Source: Octopus sinensis (Eukaryota). Taken from it: 64,000 bases of DNA. This document shows, piece by piece, positions 10,512 through 23,361 of this stretch. The translations under genes and the position numbers were made by a program. The notes under the pieces are model-generated. The model saw only the letters and a list, made by a program, of their open reading frames with translations, had not been told where the DNA came from and made no database searches. The DNA is taken from positions 21,948,001 through 22,012,000 of the forward strand of contig NC_043002.1 of assembly GCF_006345805.1 (NCBI RefSeq). Direction: 5' to 3'. Position 1 is the first letter of the stretch; the number at the start of each line of letters is the position of its first letter.

Positions 10512-12246
10512 TCAATGTTTTTATGTGTGTTCGTGTGTTACTTGTAGACTCGTAAACTACTGGAGCGGTCCTAATGAAATTTGGAACACCAAATCCAAGC
10601 CTAGGGAGAAGGTTAATGCCGTATGTTTCATACAATTTTGAGGGGGCATAAGGAGGGGAGTGCAGAATTCTCCTGTGTAAATTCATATGCTTCGGATTTT
10701 GATGAAATTTGAATCATAGGTATTAGAAATAAATTAAAAAAATACGCCCAAAATTTCCGTTTCTTTGGATGATTCTAAGACCCGCTAATGGAGTCTTAAC
10801 CCCCGAATTTTAGTCATTTTTCATGGACAAAATTACTGAATGGACCCTTATGATATTTGGAACTTAGATCCAATGCATAAGGGTGGGTATAATGCAGTAT
10901 GTTTGGTTTGAATTTGAGGGGGCTTAAAGGAGGCTGAACCCCCCATGAAAATTCATAAATTTCCGATGTTGAGGAAATTTCAGCCATAGGTAATTGGCAC
11001 AAATCAAAAAGTATTCCCAAAGTTCCGCTTCTCACGAGGAATCTAAGACCCCACCCCTAATGGGAGCCTTAATTCCCAAATTTTAGCCATTTTTTATGTC
11101 CAAAACAAGGTCAAATGAAACAATATTCCTAAAATTTCAACTTCGTAGGAGGTTAGTAAGACTCCTTAATGAGGACTTAACCCCCACAATTTACTCATTT
11201 TTCCTAAGCCATGACGAATACAATTGTAGTCTTAGAAGCTGCAGAGTCATCCGAGGATACAAGATGAGCGTTATTTGTAATTCAATGGTACAACAGTGTA
11301 AGAGTTTGCTTTGAGATATACTTAAATTGTGATTTCTGCAATGTGGTGCATAAATTGTCAAAGAAGAGACATCTTTGCCTCCACTGATTCAGTTGCAAAG
11401 TATTATTTTGAGTAAAGTTATTTGGTTGCAAACCTCCTTTGAGTCTTTTTATTATCACTGGGTCAAAGATAGTATCCAGATGGTAACATTAATTTCAAGG
11501 CCTTTCCAGATAAGTGATTGGTCATTCAAAGAGATTTATAGATTGCAAATTTATTCTGTTCAGTTACCTATAGTGATCATTGGCAAACTCCAGAGGTGGC
11601 ACTTTCATCTCCCCTTACACCTCACGGCACACAGTTGTTAATGCTTATTTGAGTTGGTTCATGCATTCCTAATGCATCTTACGGCTGTGCCGGTCACCTG
11701 TGTGGTGAGGAATCCTACATTGGGGACTGGTAACGACTAGGGTAGGGTAGCTGACTGTTTATTGTGATCATTCGTTTTTTGGTTACCTCTAGCTTTGCTC
11801 TCTTTTACAAACCCTGTGAACATTCATATATTTCCGATTTCAAAGAAATTTGAACATTAGATATGACACAAGTTAAAAAAGATTCCCAACAATTCAACTT
11901 TTCTGGTTGACTTTAAGACCCCTCTAATAGGGGCCTTAACTCACACATTTTAGAGATCCATGTGCTCCATGTTCTCCATTTTTAAGGAGCATATACCTTT
12001 GAATGGGTTTTATAAGATTTAGATTTTGGAATCTGGGCATAAAGATGAGCAGTATGGGATAAATATTTCATGATTAGAATTTTTGTTAGGGTGCGTAAAG
12101 AGGGAAAGAACCCCCCCATTAAAATTCTGAATCTCCAATTTTGATGAAATTCGAATCATAGGTATTCCAGTTCATTAGAGAAAATATAAAAGAAAAGTCT
12201 AATTCTTCAATTCCATGTGATATGGGCGACGCCGGGTATCCCTGCT

Positions 12247-12248
<2 letters not shown>
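10470..12248 (+). mobile_element. Non-autonomous Helitron
   Basis: 5' TC-TATATA start then typical ...AAACTACTGGAGCGGTCCTAATGAAATTTGG; 3' GGGCGACGCCGGGTATCCCTG-CTAG followed by T. A ~70-bp TAAGACC..TAAT..CTTAA motif recurs near 10775, 11040, 11155 and 11915. Confidence 0.7.
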
Positions 12249-12321
<73 letters not shown>

Positions 12322-12327
12322 TCTTCT

Positions 12328-12758
12328 ATTCTTTTATTCTTTTATTATTTTATTCGTTTACTTGCTTCATGCTGGGGCACCGCTTTGAAGTGTTTTGCTT
12401 TTAGACGAACGAATCGACCCCAGTACACGGTTTTTAATATTAGTACTTATTCTATGGGTTTCTTTTACCGAACTGCTAAGTTACGGAGATGTAAACACAC
12501 AGACACCGGTTGTCAAGCGGTTGTGGGGGACAAACATAAGTACAAAGACACACACACACACACACACATACATACATACATACATACATACATAATACAT
12601 ACATACATACATACTACATACATACATACATGCATGTATACGACGGGCTTCGTTTAGTTTCCGCCTACCAAATTCACTCCCGGGGCCTTAGTAGAAGACA
12701 CTTGTCCAGGGTGCTGGAGCCATGTGGTCGGGAAGCAAGCTCCTGAACCACACAGCTA
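12328..12758 (-). mobile_element. SINE family B
   Basis: Reverse complement of 8308-8718, with a (CA)n/(TACA)n internal tract. Confidence 0.85.
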
Positions 12759-12930
12759 TCCATAAGGGTGCAGATGTAGTTGTGTGGTTCAGAAGCCTGC
12801 TTCCCAACCATATGGTTCCGGGACCCTCGGCAAGTGTCTTCTACTATGGCCTCGGGGGTGAATTTGGTAGGCGGAAACTAAAAGAAGCCCGTCGTATATA
12901 TGTATATATGTATTATGTATGCATGTATGT

Positions 12931-13628
12931 AAATTTCTGCTAGGATCAGATGGTGAACACATAGAACAACCGTGTCCCCAAAACATGTACCGAGAGTGAT
13001 AAAAATCAAACATCCATTTAACATCATGGTGTTTGGAGTTATCACTAGTAATAGCGACGTTATGCCTCCATTCATCTTTCCACACGGCCTCAAACTCAAC
13101 ACGGAGGCCGACACCAAGTGCCTGGAAGAGGTAGTGCTGCCCTAAGTCAAGTGGGTAGCTGCTGGAAGACTATGTCTGGCAACAGGACTCTGCTCATGCT
13201 ACACAAGCAGGAGAACCCAGTCATAACTGTCAGATAATTTCTGCGACCACATCACCCCTAATACCTGGTCACCTAACTCTTCAGACTGCTATCCACTTGA
13301 TTATTATGTGTAGGGCTCAGCTGAGCGAGAGACCAACAAAACTCCTTGTAACACCAAATATTAACTGAAGGCAAGGATTATGGCAGCTTTCACCAACTTA
13401 AACAAGAAGACGTCCAGAAGAATTACAGGAAATTCAAAAGTCATTTGGAGGCCATGGTTGAAGTCAATGACGATTTTATTGAATAAATTTACTTTAGTAT
13501 TTCAATATATTTTTATGTAATTAGTATTTCAAGATTTTATGTAATTTTGGTAAATATATCTGTTAAAATGTGATGTCAGTCTTATTTTCATTTTCGCGTA
13601 ATTTACACAATATATTCAACGCACCCTG

Positions 13629-13630
<2 letters not shown>
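12931..13630 (+). mobile_element. Mariner-like (maT/DD37D-type) transposon remnant with right terminus
   Basis: NFC*DQMVNT..., NIMVFGVITS..DVMPPFIFPHGLKLNT, YVWQQDSA, W.PNS.DC.PLDYYV, LKARIMAAF...LEAMVEVNDDFIE*; ends GCACCCTG + TA (13629-13630). Confidence 0.9.
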
Positions 13631-13672
<42 letters not shown>

Positions 13673-13682
13673 CACATACATA

Positions 13683-13906
13683 TTCTTATTCTTTTACTTG
13701 TTTCAGTCGTATAGCTGCTGCCATGCTGGAGCACCGCCTTGAAGGATTTTAGTCGAACAAATCAACGCCAGGACTTATCGTTTTTTAAGCCTAGTACTTA
13801 CTCTATTGGTCGCTTTTGCTGAACCGCTAACTTACGGGGACGTAAACACACAAACAACAGGGATCAAGTGGTGATGAGGTGGGGACAAACACAAAGACAC
13901 ATATAT

Positions 13907-13942
<36 letters not shown>

Positions 13943-14056
13943 ACACGCATATATATATATATACGACAGGCTTCTTTCAGTTTCCGTCTACCAAATCCAC
14001 TCATAAGGCTTTAGTCGACCCCGACGCTGTAGCAGGAAATACTTGCTCAAGGTGCC
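13683..14056 (-). mobile_element. SINE family B lacking its head
   Basis: Reverse-complement homology to 8308-8718. Confidence 0.8.
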
Positions 14057-14353
14057 TCATAATAGTAACAACCGCAGTAACAACAGTAACAACATCAAAC
14101 AGCAACATTAGTTGCAACAACGTCTGTAGGTAACGAATGCGCCTCTACATGGTCTCTACATTGACAAGATAGAAATAACAGCCGAAACAATCTTCCCCAG
14201 CAATTTGATGAGCGGGACTAAGTTGTTTTAGATACTTATTCTCTGGGAGAAGGAAGGGATTGTCATGGTTGAAGCGCCATTAAACGTATATGTCTTCGTT
14301 CTCAGTCAGAGCTCACCTGGGTCTACACAGCCACAGTTTCTGCAGCGCCAATA

Positions 14354-14440
14354 TTGATAACAGCAACATCAGCTGTTACAGCAGTCGCTTCACAACAACA
14401 ACAACGTGATGACGATGATGATGATGATGATGATGATGAC

Positions 14441-14472
<32 letters not shown>

Positions 14473-14761
14473 TGATGATGATAATGACGATGATGTTGAC
14501 GATGATGATGATGATGTTTACGATGATGTTGACGATGATGACGACGACGACGACGACGATGATCATGAAGATGATGATGATCATCATCAGCATCGCCCTC
14601 GTCGTCATCGTTATCTGTGCCGCCAAGGTCGCTGTCGTCGTTGCGTCATCATCGTCATCACCACCACCACCGCCACCACCACCACCACCACCGTCGTCGT
14701 CGTCGCCATCGATTTGGCTATCATCGTCGTCGCTGTCGTCGTCATCGTCATCAACATCATC

Positions 14762-14859
<98 letters not shown>

Positions 14860-14950
14860 TCTCATCGCGGCAATCATCCCCATCATCATCACCACCATCA
14901 TATCATCACCATCATCATCATCATCCACCATCATCATCATCATCATCATC

Positions 14951-14981
<31 letters not shown>

Positions 14982-14988
14982 CACATCG

Positions 14989-15019
<31 letters not shown>

Positions 15020-15188
15020 CATCATCATCATCATCATCTCATCATCATCATCATCGCGGTAATCATCACCATCATCATCACCATCATCATCACCATCATC
15101 ATCATCATATATCCTCATCATCATATCATCATCATCATCATCATCATATTCGCTCATCCCAGCAACAATCATCCCCATCATCATCCCA

Positions 15189-15242
<54 letters not shown>

Positions 15243-15497
15243 CATCATCATCGCGGTAATCATCACCATCATCATCACCATCACATCATCATCATCATCA
15301 TCATTATCATCATCATCATCGCGGCAATCATCCCCATCATCATCACCACCATCATCATCATCACCATCATCATCGTCGTCGTCATGTTCGTCATCAGGGG
15401 CAGCAGGAGTAGCCACAGCAGCAGCAGGCAGCGAAATCAGCTGTAACAAGCAACTGCTCCATAACCACAGTCCCAATAGCAGTAGAAGCTGCCGCCT

Positions 15498-15536
<39 letters not shown>

Positions 15537-15840
15537 GAACTGAGCGGCAGCAGCAGCAACAGCTGTCCCACGACGACAGCATCAACAGCAGCAGCAGCAA
15601 CCGTAGTAATAGCCGTTACAGAACTAGAACCTCAGCACCATCACCGCTACCGTTCCTAACACCAACACCACCACCATCATCACCATCATCGTCATCACTA
15701 TCCTCATCATCATAGTCGCCGCACCACCGCCGCCACCGTCATTGTCGTCGTCGTCGTCAGAAGCAGCAGGAGCGGCAGGTGCAGGCAGCAGCAGCAACAG
15801 CAGCAGCAACAATGTGGTGTGCAGAACTGTCTGGGCTGCT
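14354..15840. repeat. ~1.5-kb compound trinucleotide array (GAT/GAC, then CAT/CGT/CAC, then CAG)
   Basis: Seen directly; it produces the poly-D/I/H/S ORFs in the track. Confidence 0.95.
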
Positions 15841-16166
15841 GTCGTGTCCGCAAGTCCACTGAGCTGTGTGTGAGTGTATGTGTGTATATAAATATATATA
15901 TATAAATATATACACACACACATATATACACACACATATATACACATATACCCTGTGTGCGTGTGTATATACATATACATGTGTACACACCGTGTGTATG
16001 TACATCGAAATCCTACTACATGACACTATTAATTTTCTAGTAATACTATTACACCAAGGTGATACTCAGAGTAAATCAAATACGTGAAACGGTGAGTTGT
16101 ATTTCTTTCTACTACTACTGGCTTTCTTGTTTTTGTTGTTGTTGTTGTTATCATTGCTGTAGATAA

Positions 16167-16841
16167 GGCGGCGCGAGCTGGCGGAACAGTTAGCACGCCG
16201 GACGAAATGCACGGCACCATTTCGCCTGTCGTTGCGTTCTGAGTTCAAATGCCGTCGAGGTCGACTTTGCTTTTCATCCTTTCGGGATCAATTAATTATA
16301 AAGTACTAGCTGAGTACTGGGGCTCGATGTAATCGACTATCCCCCTCCCCCAAATTTCAGGCCTTGTGCCTATAGTAAAAAAAGATTATTATTATTATTT
16401 TCATAAGCACTCGTCCGTCGCTACGTCCTGAGTTCAAATTCCGCCGAGGTCGACTTTGCCTTTCATCCTTTTGGGGCCAATTTAATAAGTAACAGTTACG
16501 CTCTGGGGTCGATGCAATCGACTTAATCACTTCCCCTAAATTTGAGGCCTTCTGCTTCCAGTAGAAACAATTATTTTCCTATATATCTAACAGATTAGAC
16601 TTTTGGAAAAGAAATAAAGAATCCTAACAACGAGCTACAATTAACCTTTGATGCCAAGAACCCTTTTAAGTATCCTAGCTGCCCCTTTTAACACTGTTTT
16701 CCGGAGCTGTACTAAACTGGGTTTTATGCCCATTTCCTCAATTAATCTGTTCAGATCTTTAGGGATAGTTCCCAAACATTATTATTATTATTATTATTAT
16801 TATTTATTATTATTATTATTATTATTTTATTATTATTATCA

Positions 16842-16878
<37 letters not shown>

Positions 16879-17108
16879 CATCATTATTATTATTGTTATT
16901 TAATCAAAGCGTCGGACAAAATTACATAAAACCGTTTCGTCCGTCTCTACGTTCTGAGTTCAAATTCCACTGAGGTCGACTTTGTCTTTCATCCTTTCGG
17001 AGGTCAATAAGATAAGTACCAGCTGAGTACTGGGGGCCCGATGTAAGTGACTTACTCCCGCCCCGCAAAATTGCTGGCCTTGTACCAAGATTTGAATCCG
17101 TTATTATT
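16167..17108 (+). mobile_element. Three SINE C copies with the alternative (ATT)n-type tail (16167-16400, 16405-16577, 16932-17108)
   Basis: SINE C body followed by ...CCCCAAATTT(C/G)AGGCCTT..GTAGAAA..ATTATT instead of the Tx1-like tail. Confidence 0.8.
16580..16778 (-). mobile_element. 5'-truncated R4/Dong-like RLE LINE abutting an (AAT)n array
   Basis: 16641-16778 reads CLGTIPKDLNRLIEEMGIKPSLVQLRKTVLKGAARILKRVLGIKG*, a typical R4/Dong C-terminus; its 5' junction is the (ATT)n run at 16779-16900. Confidence 0.8.
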
Positions 17109-17616
17109 GATGTTGATGTCGTTGTTGTTGTTGTCGTTATTATTGTTGATGTTGTTTAAACCAATATTAACCTTAACCGAGTAGTACTTTATGCAAAATC
17201 ACTCCGGCCGTAACTATCATATGATATCAGGAATATCGTTACATACACACGCGCGCGTGCACGTATTAATATATTATTTTCTTCCCTGTTTCCCTGGGTG
17301 TATTTATGGTTTCGAGGGAGATTTCGTGTTTGGCTGTTATTTCTAGTAGGGCAACCGGGTTGCCATGTTTAGACCCTTCGCTGATATCTGCAAAAGATAA
17401 TGCGCATTCATCTCACAAGGTGTGTCACAGTGAGTGTGTGCGTGTGTATATGTATATGTGTACGTATGTATCTTTCTCTCTCTCTCTCTCTTTCTCTATG
17501 TTTATATACTTAAGCGCGCGCACACACATGCACACAGGCACATGTGGTATATATAGGCTTGCTAAGTTTGATAAATGCCATGCACGAAACTATCAGCACT
17601 TCAGACGCTTCTGTAG

Positions 17617-19353
17617 TTGACTATTGAACATACATACATACACACATACATACTACATACATACATACATACATACATACATACATTCATACATACATGC
17701 ATACATACATACATACATACGTACATACATACATACACATACATATATACATACATACATGCATGCATACATACATACATACATACATACGTACATACAT
17801 ACATACATACATACGTACATACATACATACGTACATACATACATGCGTACATACATACACATACATACATATATACATATTTATACCACCTTGGGCAAGT
17901 GTCTTCTGCTATAGCCTCGGGCCGACCAAAGCCTTGTGAGTGGATTTGGTAGACGGAAACTGAAAGAAGCCCGTCGTATATATGTATATGTATATATATA
18001 TGCGTGTGTGTGTTTGTGTGTCTGTGTTTGTCCCCCTAGCGTTGCTTGATAACCGATACTGGTGTGTTTATGTCCCCGCTACTTAGCGGTTCGGCAAAAG
18101 AGACCGATAGAATAAGTACTAGGCTTACAAAAGAATAAGTCCCGGGGTCGAGTTGCTCGATTAAAGGCGGTGCTCCAGCATGGCCGCAGTGAAATGACTG
18201 AAACAAGTAAAAGAGTATACATGTTTACATATATACGTATTCATGTACACATGTATGTATGTATGTATGTATGTATGTATATATATATGTATGTATGTAT
18301 ATGTATGTATATGTATGTATGTATGTATGCATGCATGCATATATGTATGAATGTGTATGTATGTATGTATGTATGTATGTATGCATGTATGTATGTATGT
18401 ATGTATGTATATGTATGTATGTATGTATGTGTGTGTATGTATGTATGGATGTATGTATGTATGTGTGTATGTATGTATATGTATGTATGTATGCATGTAT
18501 GTATGTATGCATGTATGTATGTATGCATGTATGTATGCATCTATGTATGGATGTATGTGTATGTATGTATGTATGTATGTATGTATGTATGTATGGATGT
18601 ATGTATGTATGCATGCATGTATATATGTATGTATGTGTATATATGTATGTATGCATGCATGCATGTATGTATGTATTTATGTACACATGTATGTATGTAT
18701 GTATGTATGCATGTATGTATGTATGTATGCATGTATGTATGTATGTATGTATGTATGCATGCATGTATGTATGTTTGTATGTATGTAAGTATGTATGTAT
18801 GTATGCATGTATGTATGTATGTATGCATGTATGTATGTATGTATGTATGTATGCATGCATGTATGTACGTATATGTATGCATGTATTATGGATGTATGTA
18901 TGTAAGTATGTTTGTATGTATGTAAGTATGTATGTATGTATATGTATGCATGCATTATGGATGTATGTATGTATGGTGTAGTAAGACGTTACCTCCCACT
19001 CACATGGTTCCGGGTTCAGTCGGCCGAGTATCTTCTACTATACCCTGGAGCCAACCAAAGGCTGGTGGGTCGATTTGGTAAACTTAGGATGAAAGAAGCA
19101 AGCCCGTCGTATACATATGTGAATGTGTGTGTGTGCGTCACACCACCGCTTGACAGTCGGTGTTGGTGTGTTTACTTCCCCGTAACCTAGCGGTTCGGAA
19201 AAAAAGAAATTGATTGAATAAGTACCAGGTTTAAAAGTTTAAAAAAAAATAATCTTCGGACCGATTCATTTAACTAAAAATCCTTCAAGCAAGGCAACAG
19301 TCAGACTGAAACAATTAAATGGTTAAAGGTGCATACATACATAGATACATACA

Positions 19354-19385
<32 letters not shown>

Positions 19386-19529
19386 CATACATACATACAT
19401 ATACATACATACATACATACATATACATACATATGTATACATACATATACATACATACATTCACATACATAAATAAATACATATACATACATATACACTC
19501 ATATATACATATATACATACATACATACA

Positions 19530-19561
<32 letters not shown>

Positions 19562-19610
19562 CAGACATATACATACATACATACATACATATACATATAC
19601 ATACATATAT

Positions 19611-19640
<30 letters not shown>
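17617..19640. repeat. Alternating (TACA)n 17617-17880, (TATG)n 18225-18975 and (TACA)n 19331-19640 arrays separated by SINE B copies
   Basis: Seen directly; SINE B at 17886-18217 and 18973-19320. Confidence 0.95.
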
Positions 19641-19645
<5 letters not shown>

Positions 19646-19764
19646 ATGTTACCTATAATCGGTTTGTTACCTAACATTCCATTGTATTCTTTACGCGAAA
19701 CCAATTGGTAAGACCAGGCCGTGATGGATATTCAATACTATACATTCCGGATAATACACACACA

Positions 19765-19842
<78 letters not shown>

Positions 19843-19905
19843 CACATCTATCTATCTACACACATACACACACGCACATATATACACATCTATCTATCTA
19901 TCTAT

Positions 19906-19951
<46 letters not shown>

Positions 19952-20794
19952 CCACATCTATCTATCTATACACACACACACACACACACAAAATATATAT
20001 AGCTTAAAACGCACTAAATTTCATATCTGTACCATCAAAAGATTTGATCTAATTATTATTGATAATACATTGGTCGTCATCGTTGTTATTCTTGTTTAAT
20101 TTGAAGCAGACCCAAAGCGAAAAAAAATAATCAAATGATGCTCCAGATGTGACCATCCCATCATAACGAAGACTTTACGTCGCTGGGCTCGGTGCTCGGT
20201 AATAAAAACAGCCTAACCTGACACGACTTCTTTAAATATTTGTCGTTGCTGTTATAATAAATATTCTATAATTCAAAATCAATTACGATAAAAGACATTC
20301 CAGCTGCGGCAATCCCATCGATATTTTCATCCTGATATATCTTGCTTCACGATCTGTGTAATCCAGTGTGACTTAGTGTCAAGAAAACCGGCTGTAATAT
20401 GAGAGATGCATTTGGCTGTTCTTTCTGGCAATGTAGTTCGACCGCATGAGAGAGTCTCACAACAGCTTATTGTGCTGTTGTTGTTGTTGTTGTTACCATT
20501 TTTGTTGTAGTTGTTGTTGTTGTTGATGTTGTTGTTGCAACCTGTGTTACACAAACATAGCGTGCTGCTGTTTCTCCGAACGGTAATCAGCCTCTTGTTA
20601 TGTTGTCTAAGTGCCTCTCTCGACAAAAATAGATGACTTCTGACAAACACATGCCCGACGTATTCTGTTACATAGATTCTTTTAGATGCACATAAACACA
20701 CACACACACCACACACACACACAACATGTACATGTGTTTGTATACGTGCATTTATGTACATATGTAGTAAGGTATGAATATGTGTGTGTGTGTA

Positions 20795-20829
<35 letters not shown>

Positions 20830-20830
<1 letters not shown>

Positions 20831-21332
20831 ACTTGAAGAGGAAAGTGAGAGTAGAGAGGCAAGTTTTGTCTAGTGAATGTTTTAAAAAAAGATGGGTGAA
20901 TGTAGCAAGGATGGCACGTATGAATGACGAAGCCACCTTGACTATGATTCTATGAACCGTAAAAATTAATACAGAGAGTTGATATTTGCAAAAAAAAAAG
21001 AAATATAACATGTGACATCATTGACCGAGGTTACCGTGGTCTTTTCCGTAGGCTTTTCTTTCCACGGGTAAACTTCACCTGTCCTCCTCTTTACACTTCA
21101 TATTGACATTTCTGTGATAACGATCCCTATTGATCAATTTTTTCTTTTCCCTTTTTTCTTCCCCCACCCACTTTTTAAAAAAAATTTTATTCCCCCCTTT
21201 TTTGTCCTCTTTCTTTCCCTTTACGATCCCTTTTGATCGAAAACCAAATCGCCTTTTTTTTACCCCCCAAAGAAAAGCTCTACCTTGTAATTTGTCCTGT
21301 CTGTGTGCAGCCCTGTGTGGCTAATAAAGAAA
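20830..21332 (+). mobile_element. 5'-truncated L1/Tx1-clade LINE 3' end flanked by (TATC)n
   Basis: YHLKRKVRVERQVLSSECFKKRWVNVARMARMNDEATLTMIL* (stop 20953-20955), ~380-bp 3' UTR ending AATAAAGAAA, TATC repeats on both sides. Clade call rests on the F..RW C-terminal pattern. Confidence 0.6.
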
Positions 21333-21334
21333 CA

Positions 21335-21430
<96 letters not shown>

Positions 21431-21435
21431 AGTCA

Positions 21436-21479
<44 letters not shown>

Positions 21480-21632
21480 TTTGTCTGTCTGTCTACCTAC
21501 CTACCTACATACCTACCTACCTACCTACCTACCCACCTACCCACCTACCTACCTACCTACCCACCTACCTACCTACCTACCTACCTACCTACCTACCTAC
21601 CTACCTACCTACCTACCTACCTTCCTACTTAC

Positions 21633-21685
<53 letters not shown>

Positions 21686-21686
21686 A

Positions 21687-21722
<36 letters not shown>

Positions 21723-21877
21723 TTTGTCTGTCTGTCTACCTGCCTACCTACCTACCTAATACCTACCTACCCACCCACATACCCGACCTACCTACCTACC
21801 TAACTACCTACCACCTACCTCCTTTTCCTACCATACCTTCCTACTACATCATCATCTATCTATCTCGTCTATATCTC

Positions 21878-21955
<78 letters not shown>

Positions 21956-21960
21956 TTACT
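21335..21960. repeat. Compound (TATC)n(TGTC)n(TACC)n microsatellite, block duplicated
   Basis: The diagnostic CTGTCTTTTGTCTGTCTGTCTACCT occurs twice, near 21475 and 21717. Confidence 0.9.
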
Positions 21961-22183
21961 TGCCCACATATATCTAAATGTATGTATGTATATGTTCGTA
22001 GAAAGTAGAAATATTTTCTTCTGACTGGATCAGGAATTTTTCCTAAAATATTATACATTCACACATGCATAAAGAAACACATGTTCAGTAAGATATGTTT
22101 GTCAAGTAACATGCTATTTTTGTGGTAATGACGACACTATGTAATACAATATCTATAAATAGTACATACCTAGTGTATGTGTG

Positions 22184-22234
<51 letters not shown>

Positions 22235-22272
22235 TATATAATATATATATATATATATAATATATATATATG

Positions 22273-22333
<61 letters not shown>

Positions 22334-22363
22334 TATACATACACACATACATATAGGGGGGGG

Positions 22364-22529
22364 TGACCACTACGTGGACATCCATTATGCTAGAAGTAGA
22401 TCCGCTATGGTCTTACCACTAAGAAGGAATGTTCTCAAGAAAAATTTAGCAAACGCCCAACATTCCTTTCTTAGTGGTAAGACCATAGTGGATCTACTTC
22501 TAGCATAATGGATGTCCACGTAGTGGTCA
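22364..22529. repeat. Near-perfect fold-back, 70-bp arms, 25-nt loop
   Basis: 22364-22433 versus 22459-22529 differ by one substitution and one indel. Confidence 0.95.
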
Positions 22530-23078
22530 TAAACACTTATATGTATGTAATGTAATTTTTTCTGAATCTTCAGATTTTAATATGCTAGACCACTGGTTTT
22601 AAATTGATATTGATCAAATTAATATTTAATTTTCACCCTTATTATTTTAAATTATATATATATATATATATTTCCAAATGTGCTTTTACAACCTATTATT
22701 TATTTAGTTTTATGTGCTTCCAAAGTCATTGTTCTCTCGAAAGTTCATAAATTCTTATATCTGCATATAAACGTGTGTGTGTGTGTAAGTGTGTGGTGTA
22801 TACATATATTCTAAAATAGCATCTGACGAATACAAACTGGATATACAGGTGACCCAGTTTACTCCTAGATCGGTGCTCTACATGCTAAAAATGGCAGCCA
22901 AATCTATACCTGACTGTCTCTTAATAACAAAAGATAACGTAGATATCGATGTGCAGTGTCAAGGCTTGAATTCTTTTGAAAATAGATTAGCTCACTCTAA
23001 CGCCACCTACATGCAAAAGAACCAATTATTTGTATATTTGGAAATGATACAACAGCACACACACACGCGCGCGCGCGT

Positions 23079-23120
<42 letters not shown>

Positions 23121-23127
23121 ATATATA

Positions 23128-23361
23128 TATCATCATCATCGTTTAACGTCCGTTCTCCATGCTAGCATGGGTTGGACTGGTGACCGGGGATCTGGGAAGC
23201 CAGAAGGCTGCACCAGGCTCCAGTCTTATCTGGCAATGTTTCTACAGCTGGATGCCCTTCCTAACGCCAACCACTCCGTGAGTGTAGTGGGTGCTTTTTA
23301 CGTGCCATCTAAAAAGCACCCACTACACTCACGGAGTGGTTGGCGTTAGGAAGGGCATCCA
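23128..23361 (-). mobile_element. 3' part of a SINE/RTE-like element with (ATG)n tail, carrying a perfect 52-bp inverted duplication
   Basis: Minus strand GGTTGGCGTTAGGAAGGGCATCCAGCTGTAGAAAC...GGACGTTAAACGATGATGATG; arms 23249-23300 and 23310-23361. Confidence 0.8.

Noticed and set aside
14354-15543. Long ORFs of 218-308 aa (poly-D/I/H/S/M)
   Set aside because: Translations of trinucleotide repeats that are open in several frames on both strands; no splice or domain support.
18161-18981. MYVC/HTYI-repeat ORFs (also at 17.6, 19.3, 21.2, 33 and 45.7 kb)
   Set aside because: Stop-free tetranucleotide microsatellites.
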